From a virus: a DNA stretch of 64,000 nucleotides. The stretch is taken from positions 32,001 to 96,000 of the IMG/VR virus record IMGVR_UViG_3300032307_000723, one strand, 5' to 3'. Within the stretch, counting starts at the first letter, position 1; every line of letters begins with the position of its first letter. Shown one piece after another: positions 20,688 through 28,029 of this stretch. The notes beneath the pieces are model-generated. The model saw nothing but the letters and a program-made list of their open reading frames with translations. It did not search any database and was not told the DNA's origin. Made by a program: the position numbers and the translations under genes.

Positions 20688-21090
20688 TTGGGAAAGAAAG
20701 ACACACGTACAAGCAGCATTTGCATCATCATCTTCAAGTAAGAAGTATTCTATGTTTGTAGGAAGATGGCAACCATGGCACCATGGACACAGAGCTTTGA
20801 TTGACCAACAACTTGAACGAGGTAAGAACATATTACTTTGTGTGAGAGATGTTGAGATTGATGATAAGAATCCATTTTCAACTGAATGGGTTGTTGAGAA
20901 CTTAAACAATGAGTTGAAAGATTTAATTGACGAAGGTCGATTGGTAATTCAAGTTATTCCGGATATTGATAGTATTAATATTGGTAGAGGTGTTGGGTAT
21001 GATGTGATAGAACATTTACCACCTGATGAGATTAAGAATATTTCTGCAACCAAGATTAGAGAACAAATGAAAAAGGATGGTAAGTTATGA
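20680..21090 (+). CDS. HIGH-motif nucleotidyltransferase (cytidylyltransferase-like)
   Basis: FVGRWQPWHHGH, NPF, ISATKIR. Confidence 0.8.
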   Translation: MSNWERKTHVQAAFASSSSSKKYSMFVGRWQPWHHGHRALIDQQLERGKNILLCVRDVEIDDKNPFSTEWVVENLNNELKDLIDEGRLVIQVIPDIDSINIGRGVGYDVIEHLPPDEIKNISATKIREQMKKDGKL

Positions 21091-21389
21091 GAGTAACGGT
21101 TGATATTGATGAATACGCGGAAAATGCGGTTCTATTGGATGGTTTAGAAGAGGCAATCGTTGGGATTGTTGAGGACTTTGGTTCTCCGGGGAGAAAGATG
21201 TTGTATTCAAAACAAGGAATATTAAACATCCTACAAGAAAGAGATTTAATGACTATGGGTGAGGCTGAAGAGTTTTACGATTATAATATATTAGGATTAC
21301 ACGCAGGTGAACAAAACGCGGTGTTTTTGGATTTAGAAATAACACCAATAAAAAAAGAAGATGGTTGGGAATACCAATTAAAAGAATAA
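21087..21389 (+). CDS. Hypothetical phage protein
   Basis: LLDGLEEAIVG...EAEEFYDYNILG. Confidence 0.7.
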   Translation: MRVTVDIDEYAENAVLLDGLEEAIVGIVEDFGSPGRKMLYSKQGILNILQERDLMTMGEAEEFYDYNILGLHAGEQNAVFLDLEITPIKKEDGWEYQLKE

Positions 21390-21390
21390 T

Positions 21391-21960
21391 ATGGCAAATA
21401 CAATGACAACTTATGTTAAGATTGTGAATCTTAACGAAGAAACGTTTGGTAAACTTAAAGATATATTTGAGACTGAAGGTGAAAATAGTTCAGAAGTTAA
21501 TGTAGTGAATCATTTTAATAAATTATTTAGAACTGAATTCAATAATACTGACAACTATATGAATAGAGAATGGATGGATGAAAACATTGGTTCAAAATGG
21601 ATTAAGATTGAATTTGGAGATGTTGAGTACACACCTGAAGTTGACTTGATTATTGAAACCGCATGGAATGTACCAACCGAGTATCTTCAAAAAGTGGTTG
21701 AAGTAATGAATGAAGTTGATAAGGATATTGTTGCTTATGGTACCTATGAAGATGAAGGGTATTCTCCTGTAGGTGCTTTTGTTTATGGATATGATTATGA
21801 TGATATTGAAGATTATGATGAGGTTGACTCGGGACGTATGTGGGAAGACGATGATTATAATGAAGAAATTTATAGTGAGTTATATTCACTTAGAGATGGT
21901 TTATATGAATCATATCTTGAAGTAAAAAAAGAAAGAGAAGAAGATGATAGAAACGGGTAA
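21391..21960 (+). CDS. Acidic hypothetical protein
   Basis: 189 aa ORF. Confidence 0.7.
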   Translation: MANTMTTYVKIVNLNEETFGKLKDIFETEGENSSEVNVVNHFNKLFRTEFNNTDNYMNREWMDENIGSKWIKIEFGDVEYTPEVDLIIETAWNVPTEYLQKVVEVMNEVDKDIVAYGTYEDEGYSPVGAFVYGYDYDDIEDYDEVDSGRMWEDDDYNEEIYSELYSLRDGLYESYLEVKKEREEDDRNG

Positions 21961-22795
21961 GATTATTAATGGAGATTGTGTTGAGGTTATGAAGACCTTA
22001 CCTGAAGGTAGTGTTGATTTAATCGTTACATCTCCACCATACAATGCCAACATCAAGTATGATGAATATGACGATGGGTTATCAATGGAGGAGTATTGGG
22101 ATTTCACAATCAATTGGTTGAGTGAAGCTTTCCGTGTGTTAAAAGATGATGGAAGGGTTGCAATAAATGTTCCAATTGAAATGAATGTTCAAGAACGTGG
22201 TGGTAGAATATTATTCAATGCTGAATTTTGGATGAAGATGAAAGAGGTTGGATTTCAATTCTTTGGAATGGTTGACCTTACTGAAGATTCTCCACATAGA
22301 GTTAGACAGACGGCTTGGGGTTCTTGGATGAGTGCTAGTAGTCCTTATATCTATAACCCGAAAGAATGTGTGATACTAGCTTATAAGAAATCAAAAAAGA
22401 AATTGAATAAGGGTGAATCACAATGGGAAGGTAGTCATACTAAAATAACATTGGAAGATGGGACTTTAAAAGATAAAGTTATTTATGATGATGACGATAA
22501 AAAAGAGTTTATGAATTTAGTTTTTGGTAGATGGGAATATTTTGCGGATACTAAATCATTAACTAAAGCAACCTTTTCAATGGACATCCCATCAAAGGCG
22601 ATTAAGATTTTAAGTTATAAAAATGATATTGTTCTTGACCCTTTTATGGGTAGTGGAACTACTGCGGTTAGTGCTGAATTATTAGGTCGTAGATGGTTGG
22701 GAATAGAATATAGTTCAAACTATGTTGAGATAGCAACGAATAGGATTAAACATTTTATTGAGGAGAGGAATCAAACTGAATTAGAATTAGAATAG
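21944..22795 (+). CDS. Beta-class N4-C/N6-A DNA methyltransferase
   Basis: GDC, VDLIVTSPPY before VLDPFMGSGTT. Confidence 0.9.
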   Translation: MIETGKIINGDCVEVMKTLPEGSVDLIVTSPPYNANIKYDEYDDGLSMEEYWDFTINWLSEAFRVLKDDGRVAINVPIEMNVQERGGRILFNAEFWMKMKEVGFQFFGMVDLTEDSPHRVRQTAWGSWMSASSPYIYNPKECVILAYKKSKKKLNKGESQWEGSHTKITLEDGTLKDKVIYDDDDKKEFMNLVFGRWEYFADTKSLTKATFSMDIPSKAIKILSYKNDIVLDPFMGSGTTAVSAELLGRRWLGIEYSSNYVEIATNRIKHFIEERNQTELELE

Positions 22796-22821
22796 AAAAG
22801 GGTCTTATGACCCTTTTTTTT
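22796..22821 (+). terminator. Intrinsic terminator
   Basis: AAAAGGGTC/GACCCTTTT stem and T-run. Confidence 0.7.
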
Positions 22822-22854
22822 GTTAGTAGTGATATTTATAAATAAAACATTAAA

Positions 22855-23889
22855 ATGTCAGATATTATTATAACAGAATCCCAACTCAAAACCATTCAAG
22901 AATTTTATGATGAAAATGGTCAACTATTAAATGAAGAATGGTGGAATACTATTGGAGACGTTGTTGGTATTTTTGACCCAACAGGATTAGTGGATTTAGT
23001 AAATGGTCTTGATTATATAAGACAAGGGGAATATTTCTTTGGTTTCTTATCTATGATTGCGATAATTCCATATGCAGGAGATGTTATTGCAAAACCTCTT
23101 ATGGGTGTGTCAAAAGGTAGTAAAGCAATGAGAGGTGTAAGTGAAGCCATGGGTATTATAAAAAAAGGTGGTAGTACTGCTGAGGCTAGTAGGTTATTAG
23201 CGAACGCAGGAAAATCATCTCCATTGTTTGCTAAACTATTAAATACTTCAATAAGTTGGGGTGGAAAATTAAAAGAAATAGTTGATAGAATTCCTGGTGG
23301 AAGTTTAACAAGTGGTTTAAGAAAAACTATAATGGATTGGATAGACCTTTTTATAAGTGGCGCTAGACAAAGTAAGAGGACAGGTAAGATTACCGCTAAT
23401 TTTGCTAAAAAAGTTAAGGCAGCTGACCCTGCAACCGCAACCGCTTTAATGAAACAATTACAAAGTCAATTAACAAAAAGTAGTAGAACTTTTAGGGATT
23501 TCAAACTTGCGGACCCTGGTTTTATGAGTAAATATGTTTGGCCAGGTCTTTCATTTAGAAACAGAAATTTAATGGCGTTAATGAGAAGAACTAAGTTTTA
23601 TGCGGGACTATTAGATTATGTTGGTGTTGCAAATTTTGTTGGGCCGGAAGAGTTATCACAACAAATGGGGGAAGAAAATTTACAGAAAAAAATTACTGAA
23701 TATTCTCAAACACCGGAAGGTCAAAAAAATTGGACAGAAGATATGTCTTCAGCAAACATGAGTCAAGAAAATCCAACACCACAAACAAACACAACAACAT
23801 CAAGTGATGGTGATATTAATGACGACCCATTTTCTAAAATGTTTAAAAAGATGTTAATAGGTCAATTAAACCCAATACCGGGAATGTAA
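22855..23889 (+). CDS. IITE-leader protein with pre-toxin TG-like domain
   Basis: MSDIIITESQL leader; DVVGIFDPTGLVDLVNG...G.YF.GFLSMIAIIPYAGD. Confidence 0.65.
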   Translation: MSDIIITESQLKTIQEFYDENGQLLNEEWWNTIGDVVGIFDPTGLVDLVNGLDYIRQGEYFFGFLSMIAIIPYAGDVIAKPLMGVSKGSKAMRGVSEAMGIIKKGGSTAEASRLLANAGKSSPLFAKLLNTSISWGGKLKEIVDRIPGGSLTSGLRKTIMDWIDLFISGARQSKRTGKITANFAKKVKAADPATATALMKQLQSQLTKSSRTFRDFKLADPGFMSKYVWPGLSFRNRNLMALMRRTKFYAGLLDYVGVANFVGPEELSQQMGEENLQKKITEYSQTPEGQKNWTEDMSSANMSQENPTPQTNTTTSSDGDINDDPFSKMFKKMLIGQLNPIPGM

Positions 23890-23902
23890 TAAATAAAAAA
23901 TT

Positions 23903-24274
23903 ATGAAAGAAGAAATAATATTAAAACTAGTACAAGTACAAGTCCAATTTAAATTTATGCATTGGCAAACAACTGGTGATGCCAAACACAGAGCGTATGG
24001 TGACATTTATGATACATTAGGGGATTTAATTGATAATTTTACAGAATCTATGATGGGAAAATATGGTAGACCTGAATTTGAATCAGAGTTCTCACTTATG
24101 TTCCAAGATTTAAAATCATTAAGTTTACAAAATTTTATGGATGGGATTACTGATTTTTTAGTTTCAATTACTGAAATGTTAGACCCAAAATACGACACCG
24201 ACCTTTTAAATTTAAGAGATGAGATGTTGGCGGCAATTAATAAACTAAAATACTTACTTACATTAAAATCATAA
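23903..24274 (+). CDS. Ferritin/Dps-like four-helix protein (DUF5856-like)
   Basis: HWQT...HRAYGDIYD...D.F.E..MGKYGR...NLRDEML...KYLLTL. Confidence 0.78.
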   Translation: MKEEIILKLVQVQVQFKFMHWQTTGDAKHRAYGDIYDTLGDLIDNFTESMMGKYGRPEFESEFSLMFQDLKSLSLQNFMDGITDFLVSITEMLDPKYDTDLLNLRDEMLAAINKLKYLLTLKS

Positions 24275-24275
24275 T

Positions 24276-24623
24276 ATGGCAAAGATTATAAGATTAACAG
24301 AATCTGATTTAAATAGAATTGTTAAAAGAGTTATCGAAGAACAAATGAATCAACAAAAAGCGGTTGATGTTCAAATGGAAAAAATTAAACCTGAAATGGG
24401 TGGTAAATATTGTTTTGGTGACCCAAAACGACTTCAGTCAGCTTATGGTTACAATGTTAAATTACTTAAGGTTAAATCGGGTGATACATTAAGTGGTATT
24501 GCTTCAAAACACCCTGGAGTAACAAGTGTTGACGACCTTATTAGAATTAATAAGGGTTGTGCATTAACTAAAGGTTTGAAGAGTGGTGATGTACTTGCCA
24601 TTGTGATTATGCCTGAAATGTAA
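24276..24623 (+). CDS. LTE-leader protein with LysM domain
   Basis: MAKIIRLTESDLNRIVKRVIEE leader; VKSGDTLSGIASKH...DLIRIN...LKSGDVL. Confidence 0.78.
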   Translation: MAKIIRLTESDLNRIVKRVIEEQMNQQKAVDVQMEKIKPEMGGKYCFGDPKRLQSAYGYNVKLLKVKSGDTLSGIASKHPGVTSVDDLIRINKGCALTKGLKSGDVLAIVIMPEM

Positions 24624-24624
24624 T

Positions 24625-26028
24625 ATGAAAAAACTAATAAAAGAAAGTGGTATCAGGGACATAAAAAAATTGTCCCAACGATACCCTAAAGCCGAAATAT
24701 ATTTTCACCAAGATTTAGATGGGGTTACCACGGCAATTGCAATGAAGAAATACCTTGAAGATAATGGTATTAATGTTGTGGATGCTCACGTTATTCAATA
24801 TGGGGATAAAGAGTTCTCTGTAAAGAAGAATGATGCTCAAGGTGACACTATGCCGGTCTTAGTTGATTTTGCTCACGGAAAACCAATGTTTGTTATCCAT
24901 ACAGACCATCACGATAGACAAGCAGGTGCTGAAGATACTAAATCAACTTCTTTTAGACAATCTCGTTCAAATGTTGAAACAATTTCTCAAATAGTTTCAC
25001 CGAAAGAATTGTTTCCTTCTTCTGATATCTTACTAATATCAACCGTGGACTCAGCGGACTTTGCGAAACATGACATCTCACCTGATGAGGTTGTGAATTA
25101 TTTGTTTAGATTTGATAAAGAGAAACCATTACAGAGAAACAAAATGTTATTGGGGTTTGTTGTTAACAAACTCATATTGGCGTTCAAAAACAAACCGGGA
25201 TTTTTAGAAGGTTTAGTTATGAATTCGGAGCCATCATTAATGTCTATCCTTACAAATATTAAGGAATGGATGACAAAAACAAATGCCGTTAAACCGGAAC
25301 TATTACAAAAAAATGCAGAAGACTATAAAACATCGATGCAAGGATATCCAAATGTCAGCGACAACATTATCTTCCAATATGGTGGGGGTAGCATGTTCAA
25401 GCCTGGGTCTTATGATAGATACACCCCATTTAGAAATAATCCTGAAGCAGACTTTCTTATTATGGCGTGGCCATTGGGTCTTGTTCAAGCATCTTGTAAC
25501 CCATTCAAGAAAGAACGAGAACTTAAAGGGGTTAACTTGGGTGAAATTGCCCAAGAAGTTTTATCGAAATGGGAGGACCAATTAAAAACTAGGGATATAC
25601 CTTTATCAACTATCAAATGGGTAAGTGAGACAGGGGTAGGTCCTGAGAGCGTTGGGTTCACATTTAAAGATTTCAAAGCATTATATGGGGATAAGTTTAA
25701 ATCGATTGATAATGGAGAAAAAGCGTTGAAACACATTCAACAAATGATGGAAGTTCCATTTTCAGAATTGAGTGAAGAACATCGAGCAATGTTGGATAAG
25801 ATTACCATCAATGCTTGGGAATTGATTCAGGCTAATTCAGGAGGTCACAAATGTATTACGAATATTTCAGGGTTGAATTATCTTGGAAGAAGTACTCGAC
25901 CACCAAAAGGAAGTCATCGATATAATGAATCAGATGATTCACCGACAGTGAAGTTCACAAAAATGATTGCAGGTCAATTACAAAAAGTATTAAAAGAGAA
26001 AATACAACAATCGAAGGGTGATAATTAG
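24625..26028 (+). CDS. DHH-family phosphoesterase-like protein
   Basis: FHQDLDG, VLVDF, HTDHH, STVDSAD, GGH motifs. Confidence 0.7.
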   Translation: MKKLIKESGIRDIKKLSQRYPKAEIYFHQDLDGVTTAIAMKKYLEDNGINVVDAHVIQYGDKEFSVKKNDAQGDTMPVLVDFAHGKPMFVIHTDHHDRQAGAEDTKSTSFRQSRSNVETISQIVSPKELFPSSDILLISTVDSADFAKHDISPDEVVNYLFRFDKEKPLQRNKMLLGFVVNKLILAFKNKPGFLEGLVMNSEPSLMSILTNIKEWMTKTNAVKPELLQKNAEDYKTSMQGYPNVSDNIIFQYGGGSMFKPGSYDRYTPFRNNPEADFLIMAWPLGLVQASCNPFKKERELKGVNLGEIAQEVLSKWEDQLKTRDIPLSTIKWVSETGVGPESVGFTFKDFKALYGDKFKSIDNGEKALKHIQQMMEVPFSELSEEHRAMLDKITINAWELIQANSGGHKCITNISGLNYLGRSTRPPKGSHRYNESDDSPTVKFTKMIAGQLQKVLKEKIQQSKGDN

Positions 26029-26372
26029 AATAAGTATTCTATAACATCACCCGCTTCGATGTTTAAAAATTCACAAGTACCACCTTCAAGTTCGAGTACG
26101 ATATTACCGTTACCACAATAACTTGGACATTCTTCACTTTCACATGGTGGACAATTATGGTGGATATTTACGATAACATTATTACGGATAATAATAATAT
26201 CCAAAGGGATGATACAATTCTTCATCCAAAAACATTGTTTGTTACCTCCCATTAGGAATAACAAACCTTCGAAAGATTTGTCAAACGTTTTTCCCATCAT
26301 GCCAATGGCTTGGGAGCTCTTATCAGTAAGAGTTTTGACTTTGAAAATATTTTGATTAATTTTAACATTCAT
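26025..26372 (-). CDS. DUF192-family protein
   Basis: GMM...GLLF...FWMKNCIIPLDIIII...VLELEGG. Confidence 0.82.
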   Translation of the reverse strand: MNVKINQNIFKVKTLTDKSSQAIGMMGKTFDKSFEGLLFLMGGNKQCFWMKNCIIPLDIIIIRNNVIVNIHHNCPPCESEECPSYCGNGNIVLELEGGTCEFLNIEAGDVIEYLF

Positions 26373-26384
26373 AACAATAAATAT

Positions 26385-26807
26385 ATGGGAATTAAAAGGT
26401 ATGTCGGAGTTTTAGTAAAATGTGGTAATAAAGTTTTACTATGTAAGAGAAACGCTAAGGGTCCATATCCAGGTATGTGGTCATTACCCGGTGGTCATCT
26501 TGAAAAAAATGAGACCACCTTGGATTGTGCAAAGAGAGAATTCTTTGAGGAAACTGATATAGATATTGATGATATGGATTTAACTTTCGTTGGTGTTGTC
26601 CCAAGAACAAGTCGTGATGGAAGAGAAATTAGAGGGATTATGTATGTTTATCAATTGGATGTGGATAAAGAATTGGAGCCTGACTTAGATAACGCTATGG
26701 ATGGTGAAGAACATACTGATTGGGAATACTTTACCAGTAATCAGGTGAAACCGGAGAAGACCGGAGTGAAACTACACAAACTCATTACACACGTAATGGA
26801 AAAATAA
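26385..26807 (+). CDS. NUDIX hydrolase
   Basis: WSLPGGHLEKNETTLDCAKREFFEETDI Nudix box; ATG at 26385. Confidence 0.88.
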   Translation: MGIKRYVGVLVKCGNKVLLCKRNAKGPYPGMWSLPGGHLEKNETTLDCAKREFFEETDIDIDDMDLTFVGVVPRTSRDGREIRGIMYVYQLDVDKELEPDLDNAMDGEEHTDWEYFTSNQVKPEKTGVKLHKLITHVMEK

Positions 26808-26870
26808 TTTAATTTTTATTTGGCAATACCAAAATTAGTTGTATCTTTGTACTCACAAAACGGTAGAGAT

Positions 26871-27125
26871 ATGGCTAAAGAGAAATTATACAGAAGTGTT
26901 TACGGAGAATACCTTTATCTATTTAATTGGATTGGTGGGGGATTTAATGATGTTTGGGCTCCGAGTAAGAGAGAGGCATATGCCAAGGTCATGAGAGAAC
27001 AAAAAGTTCACGAAAAGAAATATCCAACACACGTTAAGTTGAGACCTGATTATAAGTCAATGAGAAAATGTACTTATTCTCAGTATCAAGCACAAAACCG
27101 AATGGGTTGGATGATGAGTATGTAA
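26871..27125 (+). CDS. Hypothetical protein
   Basis: ATG at 26871 downstream of TAnnTTTG box 26842-26849. Confidence 0.65.
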   Translation: MAKEKLYRSVYGEYLYLFNWIGGGFNDVWAPSKREAYAKVMREQKVHEKKYPTHVKLRPDYKSMRKCTYSQYQAQNRMGWMMSM

Positions 27126-27280
27126 AAACTACTTGAGTAAGCGGGAGTGGTCAATCAACAACCCGAAGAAGGTTCAGGTAAAACTATATTTAAAAGAGGA
27201 CGGCCGAGCCTATAATAGAGTAAGTAGGAAGTTAATGTTTTTTAGGAAGATTGAGTCAGTTTTTAACATTAACGAAACAT

Positions 27281-27382
27281 AGTCAGGAGACCATTGGTTG
27301 GTATCACCTCCCCAAGGTTGAGTAACGGTAAGGCCGACTCTTTATGGCAAAGACGGAACAGGTTCGAATCCTGTCCTGACTA
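27281..27382 (+). ncRNA. Atypical tRNA-like RNA with enlarged core (102 nt)
   Basis: Acceptor AGTCAGG/CCTGACT, canonical T arm ACAGG-TTCGAAT-CCTGT, D-like arm ACC-ATTGGTT-GGT; no canonical anticodon loop; ~36 nt extra region; no encoded CCA. Confidence 0.75.
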
Positions 27383-27536
27383 CAAATTAAAAAAAAAATA
27401 ACAAAGGTATTGACTTTTGGTGATGTTAGGAGATATTTATATTCTCACGGTTCGAGAGAACCAAAACACCCCAACAAAAGTTTCATAAAAAATTTGGTAG
27501 TATCAAAACTATTACTTACCTTTGTGAAACATATAT

Positions 27537-27585
27537 CCCACAGATGTATGTTCGAGAGAATTTATGTGTGTGGGTTTTTTTTTTC
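27537..27585 (+). terminator. Hairpin with GAGA tetraloop followed by T-run
   Basis: CCCACA/TGTGGG outer stem, TTC-GAGA-GAA apex, long T-run. Confidence 0.55.
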
Positions 27586-27629
27586 AAAAAAAAAGTGTTA
27601 AAGTTTTTGACAAATCAAAATAAATGTTT

Positions 27630-27637
27630 TACCTTTG
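27630..27637 (+). promoter_or_regulatory. Bacteroidota-type -7 box driving the tRNA-like RNA cluster
   Basis: TACCTTTG with upstream TTTTTGACA. Confidence 0.65.
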
Positions 27638-27675
27638 TCGAAGAAATAAAGTTCATAAAAATATTGAAAGATTGG

Positions 27676-27748
27676 TGTGGGTGTCGTGTCGAGGTTTCAA
27701 ATCCCTCCGGATTTATCCGTAGCTCAGGTGGTAGAGCATACACCCACA
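27676..27748 (+). ncRNA. Circularly permuted tRNA-like RNA (YrlA/Y-RNA-like architecture)
   Basis: Order: stem strand TGTGGGTGT, V loop, T arm GAGG(T)TTCAAAT(C)CCTC, closed acceptor hairpin CGGAT-TT-ATCCG, TA-GCTC-AGGTGGTA-GAGC D arm, complementary strand ACACCCACA. Confidence 0.75.
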
Positions 27749-27759
27749 TTTTTTTATAT

Positions 27760-27834
27760 GACTACGATAGCTCAGCGGGTAGAGCAATCATTGGGAACAA
27801 TGGTGTGCCGGTGGTTCGATTCCATCTCTAGTCA
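27760..27834 (+). ncRNA. tRNA-like RNA with GNRA tetraloop in place of anticodon loop
   Basis: GACTA(C)GA/TCTAGTC acceptor with bulge, TA-GCTC-AGCGGGTA-GAGC D arm, ATCATTG-GGAA-CAATGGT arm, GGTGG-TTCGATT-CCATC T arm. Confidence 0.78.
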
Positions 27835-27846
27835 CAAATAGATTAC

Positions 27847-27964
27847 TCTGTGATAAGATAGCAGATAGACCTATTACAGCAGACTATCCCGACGGGAGTG
27901 CGAGTTTTAGGTAGTAAAGAATGGGTGACCTACGAATTTGTAAATCTTAAGGTCTTATCACAGA
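27847..27964 (+). ncRNA. Unidentified structured RNA (~118 nt)
   Basis: 12-bp closing stem TCTGTGATAAGA/TCTTATCACAGA; inner TCCC/GGGA and TAGGT/ACCTA stems; no ORF. Confidence 0.55.
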
Positions 27965-27990
27965 TTAAAAAAAAAAGTTTTATAGAGTTC

Positions 27991-28018
27991 TTGACAAATA
28001 GAAATTATGTGTTATACT
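27991..28018 (+). promoter_or_regulatory. Promoter for the large ncRNA
   Basis: TTGACA-16 nt-TATACT with TG extension. Confidence 0.7.
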
Positions 28019-28029
28019 TATAAAACAAA

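Noticed and set aside
27410-27831. ORF-track ORFs 27410-27601 and 27544-27831
   Set aside because: They overlap promoters, a terminator and two tRNA-like RNAs and contain poly-K/F from homopolymer runs
27281-27834. Calling the three elements functional tRNAs (e.g. Gly-CCC)
   Set aside because: None has a canonical anticodon loop with U33; one has a sealed acceptor end
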